Assembly (NCBI GenBank): GCA_043228905.1
Contig: JBHGNT010000017.1
Span: forward strand, 16,244,001 to 16,308,000
DNA: 64,000 nucleotides
Direction of reading: 5' to 3'
From: Azolla caroliniana
Taxonomy: Eukaryota > Plantae > Polypodiophyta
The notes under the pieces are model-generated. The model was given only the letters and a program-made list of their open reading frames with translations. It had not been told where the DNA came from and did not search any database. Each line of letters starts with the position of its first letter. The stretch's first letter is position 1. This document shows, piece by piece, positions 11,021 through 23,945 of this stretch. The translations under genes were made by a program, and so were the position numbers.

Positions 11021-14000
11021 AGAGGACTGCCAAGGCGTGGGGCCGCGACAGTCCGGATGCTCCGGGAAAACCCCACATCTGTACGATAAAACCGTGTACA
11101 ATAGGTAGGAAATTTTGCTTCTCCAACAGCGGAGCATGTACGATGGTCGGCATCACCGGCCGAGAGAAAACAAAGACGGAGGGGAGACTTCGGGCGTGCG
11201 GAGTTCTCGGCCCTGACGAAGAAATCAACGGAGCCGTGGAGGCAGTCTCCTTCGACGACACCTTGGGAATGCTGGGGAGGGTAGTCGAAGAAGACCTTAT
11301 CGAGGACCGGGCGATACCGGTATGTTCAGAAGAAATGTACGAAGTCATCGCGGACTTCGGTCGAGGGCTCGAGTCGGAGCGGACGGCCCGAGTTAGCACC
11401 AAGTACAAGACGGTGGACCGGAAGGTGAGGCCAGTTGCGGCGCCCTTACCGGAGGGCAGTGAATCCCGGATTAAAGGGGTTGCATCGGACCCCAGCTTAC
11501 GAGATCGGGCCTGCATAGGACACACCTTCACCAACGAGACGCTCCGCGAGCGGAAGATCGGTGGGGGCGGGTTCCTACTGCCGGCGGAGGAAGACCGGTT
11601 CCGGAGAATGCTCGGAAGGCACGGGAAAGCCTTCGCATTCTCACCGGAGGAAATCGGGTGCGTAGACCCGACGATCGTAGAACCGATGGTGATATTCACA
11701 GTACCGCATGTACCGTGGAATCTCAAGCCAATTCCGGTTCCGAGAGCTCACATCCCGAAGTTGATGGGGCTGTTGAAGCAGAAAGTTGATATGGGCATTC
11801 TCGAGCCATCGAGTGCCCCGTATTCAAACCGATGGTTTACCGTACCAAAGAAAAACGGATCATTGCGCTTCATTCAGGACCTGCAGCCGGTCAACAGAGT
11901 GACCATTCGGAACGCAGGGATCGGACCGACCATAGACGAGTTCGCGGAGGCCTTCGCCGGAAGGTCGATTTACTCGGTCGGTGATCTATACTCAGGGTAC
12001 GACCAGTTCCAGCTAGCCGTGGAGAGCAGAGACATTACGACGATGCGAACTCCCCTCGGCCTAGTGCGGATGTGTACGCTGCCGCAAGGAGGGACCAACT
12101 CGGTGGCCCACATTGTGAATGCAATGAACAAGGTGCTGAGGGACTGCATCCCGGACATCACCATGCCGTTTCTAGACGACATCCCGATCAAGGGATGCCC
12201 GGTAGAAGAGAAGGACGAGACGGTCGGGCCGGACGGATGCCGGCGGTTCGTGATGGCGCACATCGACGACTGCGAGAAGGTGCTGCAAAGGCTAGAGGAT
12301 GCGAGGCTCACCTTCTCGGGGGAGAAATCAGCCTTCGGGCAGTCGGAAATCATGGTGGTCGGACACTTATGTGGGCCATATGGCCGGAAACCGTCTCCGG
12401 CAAAGGTAGAAGCCATCTCCGCGATGAAGCCCGACTGCAGCTCGGTCACGGAAGTACGAAGATTCCTGGGGGCATGCGCATTCTACCACATATGGATCCC
12501 GCATTACGCCCATGTTGCGGAGCCGCTATACGGATTATTGAGGAAAGGGCAGAGATTCGAATGGCTAGACAAGCACACGGAGTCGGTCCGGAGGCTGAAG
12601 GAGGCTCTTTCGGCAGCACCGGCGCTCCGAAAGGCCGTCTACAGGAAGGGCACCCCAGTGTACATAACGGTTGACACGAGTCCGACCGGAATCGGGTGGG
12701 TCGTCAACCAAGAAGACGAGGACGGCAATCGGTTTCCGATCCGATTCGGCGCGAAGGTCCTCAGCGAACGGCAGCGAGGATACGCCCAGGTTAAACGCGA
12801 ACTCTGGGGTATCGTTTCGGCGGTGAAGGCCGACAAGGACTATCTGATCGGGACGGAGGTAATCATAGAGACGGATTGCATGCCGATTCTCGGCATGGTT
12901 TCCGGATGCGCGACGCCGGACCTGGCAATGCTCAGGTGGATAGCGTACATCAAGTCCCTAGACCCGGTAATACGACACATTTCCGGGAAAGACAACGCCA
13001 TGGCCGACATGCTTTCAAGGGCGAGATTCGATGACGAAGGCGGCATGATTTCGGAGGACGAAGAGGTCGGCGTGGACTTCTTCGAGACTGCGTATGTAAC
13101 AACCGATGGGACAAGCACTCCGGCACTTAACGACTTCGACGCGAGCAAGTACGACGGGGAGTGGCTGCAGATCGGTGGGTTTTTGAAGACAATGACGCCT
13201 GATGCGTCATGGACGAAGGACGAGGCCAACCGGATCCGGAAGAAAGCGTACCGGTTCTTTCTCCGGGATGGCTATCTATGGAAGCACCCGAAGAAGAGGG
13301 ACGGCGCTCCGCTCCGGGTAGTGGCGATGAAGGAAGAACAGGAGGAGCTGCTGGTGGCTTACCACGACAGCCCTTGGGCTGGACACCGTGGAACATGGGC
13401 TACGTTTGAGAAACTGAAGGGGAAGTATTGGTGGCCGGGGCAGTACCAGGACGTGCATCGGTTCGTGACAACTTGCGAGAGCTGCCAGATGCACTCCATA
13501 GTCCGACATCGAGACGAGCTTCACCCTACGTACCCTCCGGCCATCCATTTCAAATGGATGGTAGATCTGGTAACGATGCCAATGGGAGTAGGACAGATGC
13601 GGTACCTGGTCCTAGCGCGGGAGGATCTGACGAACCAGGTGGAAGGCCGGGCCCTTCCGAACAAAACGACCGCGGCCGTATGCCGGTTCCTAATCGAGGA
13701 CGTGATATGCCGGTACGGGTGCGTCGGGAAGATCGTGGCTGACCGAGGGGAGTTGGACGCCGAAGAAGCCGCGGAGCTGTTCGACCGGCTGGGAGTCAAG
13801 CTCTCGCTCACCACTGCGTACAATCCAGAGGCGAATGGAAAGGTGGAGCGAGGACACGGACCGATCGTCAAGGCGTTGGTTCGGGCATGCGGAGGCCGAG
13901 TCGATGACTGGCCGCGGCTGCTACCTTATGCCTTGTGGGCAGACCGGACCACGCACAGTTCGGTAACCGGGTACATGCCGACAGAGCTCATGTTCGGCCA

Positions 14001-14499
14001 GAAGCCGATCATGCCGATGGAACGGACGATCTCCTCGTGGGCAACGGTCGACTGGAGGGACGAGATGAGCCGGGAGGAGTTGTTGGCCGCGCGCATACGA
14101 CAGCTCGAGCGGAGACCGGAGGACGTGGAACTGGCTACGGAGAAGCTCCGAGTGGCGAGGAAAAAGAACAAAGCCAGGTTCGACCGAACGCACCGGCTCC
14201 GACCGAAGAAAATCGAAGAAGGTGACTGGGTGCTCGTCTACGATAGCAGCCTCGACAACCAGCACCGAGCTACACGGAAGTTCGCACGAAGGTGGTTCGG
14301 GCCTTACGTGGTACGGAGCGCCAATGACAATGGGACATACCACCTGGCGGAACTCGACGGCACGAGAATGACGATACCGGTTGCAGGGAAGCGGATCAAA
14401 GCGTTCAAGAAGCGACACGACGACGAGCCAGACCCGGCTCTCCTGGTCGGCAGTGACGAACGATCCGAAAACGAGGAAGAACCGACGGGCGAGGAATGA
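11011..14499 (+). CDS. pol: Gypsy Pol (RT-RNase H-integrase) in the -1 frame
   Basis: Frame open from 11011 through ORF 11143-14499; RT FLDD, RNase H (VDTS, RELWG, ADMLSR), HHCC zinc finger, D,D(35)E core, WFGPY module. Confidence 0.93.
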   Translation, partial: GFLERTAKAWGRDSPDAPGKPHICTIKPCTIGRKFCFSNSGACTMVGITGREKTKTEGRLRACGVLGPDEEINGAVEAVSFDDTLGMLGRVVEEDLIEDRAIPVCSEEMYEVIADFGRGLESERTARVSTKYKTVDRKVRPVAAPLPEGSESRIKGVASDPSLRDRACIGHTFTNETLRERKIGGGGFLLPAEEDRFRRMLGRHGKAFAFSPEEIGCVDPTIVEPMVIFTVPHVPWNLKPIPVPRAHIPKLMGLLKQKVDMGILEPSSAPYSNRWFTVPKKNGSLRFIQDLQPVNRVTIRNAGIGPTIDEFAEAFAGRSIYSVGDLYSGYDQFQLAVESRDITTMRTPLGLVRMCTLPQGGTNSVAHIVNAMNKVLRDCIPDITMPFLDDIPIKGCPVEEKDETVGPDGCRRFVMAHIDDCEKVLQRLEDARLTFSGEKSAFGQSEIMVVGHLCGPYGRKPSPAKVEAISAMKPDCSSVTEVRRFLGACAFYHIWIPHYAHVAEPLYGLLRKGQRFEWLDKHTESVRRLKEALSAAPALRKAVYRKGTPVYITVDTSPTGIGWVVNQEDEDGNRFPIRFGAKVLSERQRGYAQVKRELWGIVSAVKADKDYLIGTEVIIETDCMPILGMVSGCATPDLAMLRWIAYIKSLDPVIRHISGKDNAMADMLSRARFDDEGGMISEDEEVGVDFFETAYVTTDGTSTPALNDFDASKYDGEWLQIGGFLKTMTPDASWTKDEANRIRKKAYRFFLRDGYLWKHPKKRDGAPLRVVAMKEEQEELLVAYHDSPWAGHRGTWATFEKLKGKYWWPGQYQDVHRFVTTCESCQMHSIVRHRDELHPTYPPAIHFKWMVDLVTMPMGVGQMRYLVLAREDLTNQVEGRALPNKTTAAVCRFLIEDVICRYGCVGKIVADRGELDAEEAAELFDRLGVKLSLTTAYNPEANGKVERGHGPIVKALVRACGGRVDDWPRLLPYALWADRTTHSSVTGYMPTELMFGQKPIMPMERTISSWATVDWRDEMSREELLAARIRQLERRPEDVELATEKLRVARKKNKARFDRTHRLRPKKIEEGDWVLVYDSSLDNQHRATRKFARRWFGPYVVRSANDNGTYHLAELDGTRMTIPVAGKRIKAFKKRHDDEPDPALLVGSDERSENEEEPTGEE

Positions 14500-14557
14500 A
14501 GACGGGCCGGTTTTCTCAGTCCCAACTCTCTTGGCGCATACCGGAGGATGCGCGGTT

Positions 14558-14570
14558 AGGTGGGGGCGGA
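14558..14570 (+). promoter_or_regulatory. Polypurine tract of Gypsy element
   Basis: AGGTGGGGGCGGA directly before the 3' LTR, preceded by hairpin GCGCAT..ATGCGC. Confidence 0.85.
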
Positions 14571-15293
14571 TGTCGTGAAGAAAACCGTCCATAGGCGGAA
14601 TCGGCGCACCTAGGCGTGGGAACCGGTTCTTCACGCGCGCAAGCTCCAAGTTGTATGAAGAAGCGAGTTAGGAGGATAATCGGCAGGAACGGGCCCTAAC
14701 ATAGGTGGAGACAAAGACCGCGCCAACAGTCTTTTCGGTCGCGCGCGCGAGCTAAAGGACGGCCTGCTCGTCGGGCTATATAAGAGCAGGAAAGAGCTGT
14801 TGAAAACATATATCGCGCGGAGAGGACGAAGTGCTGTCGGACCGTTTCTGGACGCTTCTCTCTCTCTGTTTCCTTCCTTCTTGAGCTCCATAGCTTTCTG
14901 TGCAGGGTTCCGAGGAGGCTCGCGCTGTTTCGAGGAACGCCCGAGTGCTTCCGGCAGCACCTCCAACCTGCTACCCCCCCCCCCTTTGCCCTGTTTTGTG
15001 CCTCGAAGCGAGCAGGCATCGGCATCTGTTCGCCGGCCTGTTCGGTTGTAACCAACCTGTGCCCCATCGAGGGTTGTAGTAGTGTTAGCCATTTTCTTAA
15101 TATACATATTAAGTCATTCGCATCTGTCTGTGTCGGTGTCTGTTCGCGTTCTCCGTGCTGAAGGGCCGTGTCCCTGTGTATCCCCGGTCCTGCGTAGCAG
15201 GTTCTCTCTCTTTCTCCTCCCTCGCTTGCTCTTTGGTTCGAGACCCCCGCGGTCCCGCCTCGATTCCACACGCACTTGCGTAATATCTCGACA
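14571..15293 (+). repeat. 3' LTR of Gypsy element
   Basis: Direct repeat of 8127-8849. Confidence 0.97.
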
Positions 15294-15297
15294 ACGT

Positions 15298-16130
15298 GAG
15301 CGCCTACCATCGCACAAACAACCCCAAATCACCCATGTGATGACCGAAGATACCCTCGATACACCTGAGGATATCACACATCGTGTCAAAGAATTCCAGA
15401 CACGTGAATTCATCCCCACCGAAATCCAGGAATTGTCTACTACATTCCACTATGTGTCCCATCAGACCAAGGCCACGACCCGTCGTACTCGCAGTTGCAC
15501 CACCAAATCAATCCTTCGTGACCTACGGAATCCGGCGGCCCTACCCCTCCCAACCTCGCCGACCTCTCTCCTCGGAGACTCCCCGCCTGCCTCCCCTTGC
15601 ACAACCACCCAGCCACCACCCCCCATACCTACCGACGACACCCTGCAACCTCGACCCCGTAAACTCGCCCGCCATAACGCCCCAGAAGCTGAAACCCCCC
15701 TTCTTCCTCATGAGAACCCCAACCCACCACCGTCTCCAAGCCCAGTTGTCCCCTCCCAACCCACCCCTGATACCACCCGAATGACCACCGCACCAACATC
15801 CCCACCAGCCCTTGTTCCCCGCTCTAACCCATCCACTGCCACAACCGCCCGCCTAATCCAACTCCCTCCACCACCACCAAACCCTTAGCCAACATGGTGA
15901 TAAACATCCTCAAGATGACTTCCGTCGTGAATCGTCGCCTACTCCAAGTCCACGTGCAAGCCCAACATACCGCTACTGAACAACAAGAGGCCTCTACAAG
16001 GAATGAGGTCTTGGCCACCGAAGTGAGGAATGCCCACCATACCAATGCCTGCCAAGCCGCCGCCCATGACCTCCTCAAGAAAGAACTGCTTGCTGAACGA
16101 ACTTGCTGACGAGTTCCACCAAGCCTAGAC
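15298..16130 (+). pseudogene. Orphan accessory ORF, part 2 (Pro/Thr-rich, start of coiled coil)
   Basis: 3' part of ORF 15082-15888 and ORF 15894-16109; C-rich strand like parts 1 and 3. Confidence 0.5.
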
Positions 16131-19100
16131 TGCTGGCATAAAAGGCTGACTCCTTCCAAATTGTATCTGTCTGAGTGTGAACTCGTTAATAAGTTAGGGT
16201 TTAGTATATAAGCGAATACCTAACATTGTAATGAGAGATGTCGAGAGAGACAGGGTGAGTGACGAAGAATAGATTTTCTTTGTTTTGTGCATTGTATTTC
16301 TGAGAAAGAATGAAGTAATAAGAAGCTTTCCATTAAATCTCCATCTGTGTAAGTCTCCACGCCCATTCTATTTTCTATCTGCGTTGTTTGTTGTCCAATA
16401 CCGACTACAGATCCATACACGTTTCCGCACATAGCACTCATCACCAACATCTGGTATCAAAGCCACCTTGTTGCACGGAGGCAACAGACAACAGAAGAAA
16501 GCTGAGTGGAAAAGGCGAGGTTTGAAATCTTACTTTCATAAAAGGAATATTACTTCAACATCCGGAACAGGATTTGAAATCAAAAAGTTCAATGGCAGAA
16601 ATTTTGCCGTATGGAAGGAGATGATGCAGTATGTGTTGATCATCCGAAGGCAGGTTGAACCCATTCGGCACAACGAAAAGCTTGCTTCGATGATAGCAGA
16701 AGAGTGGAGATCATTGGACGAAATAACACGATCCACCATCCGGATGCACCTAGCCGAAAACATCTACTTCAACATGGCGAAAGAGACGACAACGTTCTTA
16801 TTGTGGGAGAAACTTCAGGTCGTCTATGAGAAGAAGTCCTCATCTTCGAAACTGATCTTGATCAAACAATTGTTCAACATGAAGATGAAAGAGACTGATC
16901 TGGCAACCTCCCACATCAACACCTTCAGTTGGGTGTTGTCAGAGCTCTCGTCACAAGGGATCAACTTCGAAGAAGAAGTGAAAGCCCTTGCCCTCCTATT
17001 GAGCTTGCCGGCAAGTTGGGAGGTATTCTGTACGACTTATGCTAATAGTCGACCGATCCTAAATTTGGACGAAACAACTGGCCAAGTCCTCATAGAGGAC
17101 ATCAGGCGAAAATCGATGGGACTAACCATCAATGAGTTGGCAGAAGCCCATCACTCAACGGAGTTGTTCGACCCACAGAGTCAAATGAAAGAACAAGCCG
17201 ACAGAACCGGTCGACGCTATAGCCGATCGAGAACGAGGGGAGATCGACGAACAATCGAAGTCGAAAACAGGCCAAACAAGTGAGTACTGCACGCACTGCA
17301 GGAAAGCTGGCCACAATGTTTCCAACTGTAGGTCAATAAAGAGAAAAGAGAGTGGTCGGAGATCCGAGCGGAATCAAGGATGTTCCGACTCAAACCACTC
17401 TCCAGTCGGCAACCAAATCAATGTTGCCGACATCCGATCAAGAGAAATCCTCTTCCTAGAGGATTCAATCACAGAAGTCCTCTATCGTGCAGAAGCTACA
17501 CATACAGGGCTACTGGACTCCGGTTCCACATTTCACGTCGCCCCCAACATCAAATGGTTTTCAAACTATTCAGTCGACGCCAGTGGCACAGTCCGACTAG
17601 GCAACGAGCATGAGTGCAAGATAGCAGGAACCAAAGAAGTTCCCATTAGATTGCCAAATGGCAACACGATTACCCTGCACCAAGTTCGGCATGTACCCGA
17701 TCTAAAGAGGAGTCTGGTCTCCATCGGCATGTTAGCCGGAGACGGGTACAGAACGACGCTACATGAGTTGACATGGGTGATTAGCTGAGGAAACCTCAAA
17801 ATCGGTAGTGGGTACAAGTATAATAATCTATACCCATTGACGACGATCAACCCTGAAGGGGCTGTAAACGTAGCCGAAAAGACTGACCCGAACCTATGGC
17901 ATGGCCGACTCGGCCATATGTCACAAGACGGACTTGATCGGCTGATGTCGGTTGGTTACATCCCAAAACTCCAAGCGAAGACATACTTTTGCGAGCACTG
18001 TCAATATGGGAAATAGACCCGAAGTCCACACTCTCTCCACTACGAGACGGTACGATAGCCCCTAGAGCTCGTGCACACAGACATATGTGGGCCCATGCTA
18101 GATCAATCACTAGGAGGCTTCTGGTACTTCATCACATTCGTAGATGACTGTACACGGAAAGTTTGGGCATACTCCATCAAGTCCAAAGATGAAGCGCTCG
18201 AGGTCTTCACACGATGGATATCTGAAGGGGAGAACCGGTCGGGACACAGAGTGAAGACACTCCAATCCGACAACGGAGGTGAGTTCCCCTCCAGAGCCTT
18301 CAAACAGTACCTGTCCAAAAAAGGGATCCGGCATCAAAAGACCGTTCCTTACACACCCATGCAGAATGGGGTGGCTGAACGGATCAACCGAACAATCCAG
18401 GAGAGGGTGACGGCAATGCTTTAGCAAGCCGGACTAAAGCTGGAATTCTGGGCCGAGGCACTGCAGACGGCAATATATCTGATAAATCTGGCGCCGTCAA
18501 GAGCCTTCAAGCTCTAAGTGCCACAGGCATTATGGTCAGGCAAACAGCCAACCTACAATAGGCTTCGTATATTCGGATGCGAAGCCTACGCGTTCATCCC
18601 TAGAGACAAAAGGACGAAGTTGGCACCCCATGCAACAAAGTGCATATTTCTCGGTTATGGAACCAATGGGGACTTCGACTACGGGCTATGGGACCTTGAG
18701 AACCGGAAATTGATCCGGAGCAGCGACGTAGTCTTCAATGAAGACTCTATCTTCTCTCAGCGGAACCAATGGAACACAGTTGGTAAGAAGGTATCCTTCG
18801 AAGATGACAGCACTATCGTAGAAGGACTGATCCAACGGGCTGAATCGGAGACTTGACAAAACGGTCAAACTCCAACAAACTGCCAACAAACTGCCGACAC
18901 CGAATCAGCAACAAGTCCTAACGTCGAACTCAAAGACAAAGTCATCAAAGACACAGCCGAATCGACAAGAGTCGACAAAGGCAGAGTCACTAAGAGACAA
19001 ATCAGAACCGAGTCGACAACAACCACAGGGGAGAACAACTAGACACCGCCGAAATCCCAAACCGGGGGCAGGACACCTAACCAAGCTCCTTCCACAACTG

Positions 19101-21290
19101 GTTCAACAAATACCGATCGTCAATCTGAACCGATTGAAGGATCTGAACCAAATATTACGGCACCCAGGAGATCTAGACGAGCTCTAAGGCAAACCAAGTT
19201 TTATCAACCAGGCCTCAACTATGTCCACTACACGGATGTAGGCAAACCCCGCACGTATAACGAAGCTATGGCCGCACCGGGCGCCAAAACATGGTTGCAG
19301 GCCATGAAATCTGAAATGGATTCGATTCATCAGAATCAGACACGGGAGCTAGTCGAACTACTAGTAGGAAGAAAGCCACTACCTTGCAAATGGGTGTTCC
19401 GATACAAGTATTTATCCAACTCAGAGAAGGAATACCGGGTCGACTATGACGAGATATTCTCACTAGTAGTCATGATGACCACCCTCCGACTCCTACTAAT
19501 AGTTGTGGCCACAGAAAACCTAGAGCTCGAGCAGATGGACGTCAAGACGACATTCCTACACAGAGATTTGGACGTAGACATATATATGTCTCAACCGGCA
19601 GGCTTCACGGCGACGAGGGAGAACAATCACCTCGTATGCAGACTTAAGAAAAGTATATATGGCCTCAAACAAGCGCCGAGGATATGGTACCAGAAGTTTG
19701 ACACCTACGTACGTAAGCTTGGATACAGCAAATCAAACTCCAACCCATGCATGTATGTTCAGCAACTGGCCGACGAGTCCAGGATCTATCTTATCCTATG
19801 TGTTGATGACATGCTGATTGTAGGGAGCAATCAAGCAGAGATCGGTAAGCTGAAGCGGAGCCTTCATGCAAAGTTCGCGATGAAGGAACTAGGACAAGCC
19901 CAACACATATTGGGCATGAGGATAGAGCAAGATCGAATGACCAAGACTCTTCGACTCTCCCAATCTGAATACATCCGCAAGGTGCTGAAGCGCTTCAACA
20001 TGGAGAATGTGAAGTCAACACCAATACGGCTTTCGACGTCAATCAAACTATAGAACAGAGACTCTCTTGCAATGGACAAGGAGAGCGAGCTAAATGGAAA
20101 GATACCCTACGCATCGGCGGTAGGAAGTATCATGTATGCAATGGTGGCGACCCGACCCGACCTAGCCTATGCCGTAGGGGTGGTCAACCGGTACATGTCA
20201 AACCCAGGAAGGAAGCGTTGGGAGGCCTTCAAGCACATCCTTAGGTATTTGAAAGGAACCACAAATGCACAATTAACTTTCAGACTAACAACCTCAGTCA
20301 AAGGAGAAGGCTACACCGATTCCGACTATGTTGGACATGCAGATGATTGGAAATCGACATCAGGCTACAACTTCACCTATAGTGGCAGTGCAATATCATG
20401 GAGGTCGAAACTTCAAGAGTGCACGACTCTATCTACCACAGAAGCCGAGTACATAGCATCGTCGAAAGCAGTGAAGGAAGCGATCTAGCTGCACCGATTG
20501 TCTACCGACCTCAGAACTGCAAACCGAATAGACCGACCAACGCTGGCGATCTATTGCGACTCACACAACGCAATACACCTCATCAATAATCCCTTCTACC
20601 ATGCGAAGAAAAAGCATATTGAGGTGCGGTATCATCATATCCGGGAGCATGTGACCGAGAAGAAACTCGAAGTCCAGAAGATCGACACCGAGGTGAACAT
20701 CGCCGATTGCCTGACGAAGCCACTCCCAGATCAACGCTTCAGAACACTAAGGATGAAGATGGGGCTATGACAATCGACCGAGCAGAAGAAAGCTGAATGA
20801 GGAGCAAAAGGTAAGAATTGACCGACACTCATACTATACCTCTACCGACTCGGCTACTTGCCGACATATTTGTAACATAAAATCTAGGTAAACTTGTAAT
20901 CTAGGTTTACGGTGGAGATAACCCCAAGCATTTGCATATGTACAAAAGAGTAGTCCTTTTACGGGGGAGTTTGTTGGCATAAAAGGCTAACTCCTTCCAA
21001 ATTGTATCCGTTCGAGTGTGAACTCATTAATAAGTTAGGGCTTAGTATATAAGCGAATACCTAACATTGTAATGAGAGATGTCGAGAGAGACAGGGTGAG
21101 TGACGAATAACATATTTTCTCTGTTTTGTGGATTGTATCTCTGAGAAAGAACGAAGTAATAAGAAACTTTCCATTAAAGCTCCATCCGTGTAAGTCTCCA
21201 TGCCCATTCTATTTTTTGTCTGCGTTGTTTGTTGTCCAGTACCGATTACAAATCCATACACGTTTCCGCATATAACACTTGTCACCAACA
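16131..21290 (+). mobile_element. Full-length but decayed Ty1/Copia element
   Basis: 319-bp LTRs 16131-16449 and 20972-21290 (~27 mismatches by eye, mostly transitions); PBS TGGTATCAAAGCC at 16452; PPT GGGGGAG; gag, IN, RT, RH fragments with many stops; eroded TSD TAGAC/CAGAG. Confidence 0.93.
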
Positions 21291-22240
21291 CAGAGAATGT
21301 GGCACCACGACCAAGAACGCGCAGTGCAAACACACACTGAACTCTCTGCCGAGTACGTACGTTTCCCCATACAACACCAACAGATGGAAACCCAACTCGC
21401 AACTATGATTGCTGACCTCTCCGCACGGTCTGAGGCTCTGGCCAACACCACGGCCACAAATGACAGACTCACGAATGAGATCACAACACTCGAAGTTGAA
21501 CATGATGCTATGGTCCAACAAGTGGAGGTCGCCAACGAACGGAATCAATGCCTCCTCATCAAACACCTCCGAGGCCAGTGCGCCGAACTCAAGAAGGACA
21601 TCTCCCAACTCCGCACGAACAAAGCCGCCCTCGAGCACGCCCTCAGCTCCGGCACAACCGGCACCTCCACCGTTGAGGCACACCTCTCTACTCCGCCCGA
21701 CACTCTGAATATGATTTAGGCGCTCTCGGTGTATGTGACCTCGACATCTCTCCTCTCCGAACTCTTCACCGCACCACGTACACCGCATAACCTTCTAGCC
21801 CAGGCCACGTGCGTACTTCGATCGTTGGCCACTACACATCACGTGTTCTTCGACAAGACCACCCCCCTATCGCATGTTCATCCGCGTACTTCCGGAAGAC
21901 AACCACACCCTCTCCCTCTTTATGTTGTACCCGGAAGCCACCAATGAACCCTCACCACCGGCAGGTGACCTCTTCCCCCAACACCTCCCTATTTTGTTTC
22001 TCGAAGGCATGGCCTACCTCCATACCGTCATCTCCCCGGACTTGGACATCACCGACGTGATATGTTTCATCTACCCTTCCGATGTCACGATGAAAGTCAA
22101 TGAAGACCAGTTGGCCCAGCTCTTCACCACACTAGTGCGCTTACACCGAATCGCCAACACCCTGGAGAGCGCTACTGCCTATGTGCCCCCCTTCGGGTTC
22201 ATTTGGTTAATAGGTGCTTGGCAAACCACCTGGGACATCG
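21291..22240 (+). pseudogene. Orphan accessory ORF, part 3 (coiled coil then globular segment)
   Basis: ORFs 21279-21719 (heptad-like), 21729-21947, 21874-22266. Confidence 0.5.
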
Positions 22241-22815
22241 GGGTTCGTAGTACCATGGTTGTTTAAGTACCCGTATTTAACGTTTAAATACGTATAATAC
22301 CTCATCATTTGTATAGTACGTACTATACCTCAATGTTGTTCAGTCAAATATCATGTACATTTTTCCAATACGGTATTTAACGTATTTATAAAAAAAACAG
22401 GTATAATAGGTATTTAGAAAGAAAATGTAAATAAAACCCCACCAAAAACCAAAAGAAAAAAAAAGATTTTAGTGAAAAAGAAGCCAAAGGAAGGAAGAAA
22501 GAAGAATAGAAGAGACGATGATGATGATGAAGAAGAAGAAGAAGAGAGAAAAGAAGACATAAACCTGTCCTAACTCTAAGTGTGATAAACGCAGAAGATA
22601 GAAGATAGAAGAAGAAAAAGAAGAAGAAAACGAAGTAAAGAGAAACCTATCATGAGTGTGATAATCGTAGATGATTCCTCAATCTATGACGACATAATTG
22701 TAAATAATTACAATTTGAAGTAGAACATCTTGATACACACTTACACTGATTTATAGAACATGTGAAATTTCACATCGTGATACCCACATCTTCAACATTG
22801 AATGTGCAACATTCA
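22241..22815. other. AT-rich insertion, possibly a non-autonomous DNA transposon fragment
   Basis: Abrupt composition change inside the C-rich ORF; repeated CGTATTTAAC motifs, A-tracts and GAA repeats; no TIR pair or TSD confirmed. Confidence 0.35.
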
Positions 22816-23852
22816 ACTGGCCCACCTATCTCGAGGCTGATGACATACAGGAGTTAGCCCTCTAGCTCGATGTCTCTCAGGAGTATCAACTTATGACTTT
22901 TGGTGAGGCTCGTGCCCGCGCACTCCTACCCCCACACCCCACCCACCCTCCACCCGAGATCAACCCAGAGTGGGACCCCAACTCCCCCGATGATCCCGAC
23001 AACCAACCACCCCCTACTCACCCGCCTCTACACCTACTACCCCGAAGTCGCCTCCAAACCCCAAGTCGACATATTCCTTTACCCACATGTTTACCGAGAT
23101 AAGATGTCTACTTGGGCGGCCGCAAACCCCACCTCAACTCAAGGATGGCGCCACCTGGTGGTCGACCCCCTGGCATTCAACTCCCGTGGCGCCTCCCCTG
23201 GTTCGTGCACGCGTCCTTCTGGGAATGGTTTGCCCTACACCCTCCAGAGATGCGCACCAACCCCTCCTTTTTCCCCCTCCTACGCCGTTGGCCATGGCAC
23301 GAATTTCAAGCAGCCCAAACAATGTCATGACTACCAACCGTCCAGTTCAACTAGCCCGTGTTTCCACAACCCCCTCGCACATCTCCAACGGAAGTTGGAA
23401 TGATTTGGGTCATGTGACGTTTCCTCCGTACATACCTCGACGTCCCTGACCCCGATATTCAAGCCAATCTTCGTTTTTTGCAACTGCTACTCATCCTCCT
23501 CGACTGTGGCCCTTATGAAACCCACACATTCAAGCAACACGACCACCCGGCGTGGGGTCTTGCCTTTGATTTGAATAAAGGCCCCACATGTCATCAACTG
23601 GTTGGCCTCTCGACCTATGTCAATGTGCTCCCTGCAATCTACAAACGGGATTTTGAAACCATGAGTGACACACGTCTTTTCTGCACTTACATATGTTTTG
23701 GTAGAAACCCTCCCTCTCCCTTTGCCAACTACAACACCGCCACGTGGATAGCTGGCCCCAAGAAGGACTTCTTCACAACGACCGATCAAATGCAAGAAAT
23801 CCGGTTACCGCCGCTCAACATCCGCTGTCTTCGCCACCATCTTGGCCGCTGA
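22816..23852 (+). pseudogene. Orphan accessory ORF, part 4 (C-terminal domain of unknown function)
   Basis: Overlapping frameshifted ORFs 22893-23102, 22900-23403, 23112-23330, 23478-23852, ending ~90 bp before a PPT. Confidence 0.45.
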
Positions 23853-23945
23853 CGAACCTCCCTACTCTATCCTTCTCGCCCCCGACACCCGAAACTCCCC
23901 TCCCACAGTGCACCCGAGGGTGTGCACTCATTAGGTTGGGGGGGA

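Larger units (their letters stand above)
8127..15293 (+). mobile_element. Full-length young Ty3/Gypsy LTR retrotransposon, no chromodomain
   Basis: 723-bp LTRs (TG...CA) with one mismatch seen; TSD ACGT (8123-8126, 15294-15297); PBS, gag-PR-RT-RH-IN order, PPT. Confidence 0.97.

Noticed and set aside
14380-14499. Chromodomain or env at the end of Gypsy Pol
   Set aside because: The integrase ends in a short acidic tail and the PPT follows within ~60 bp
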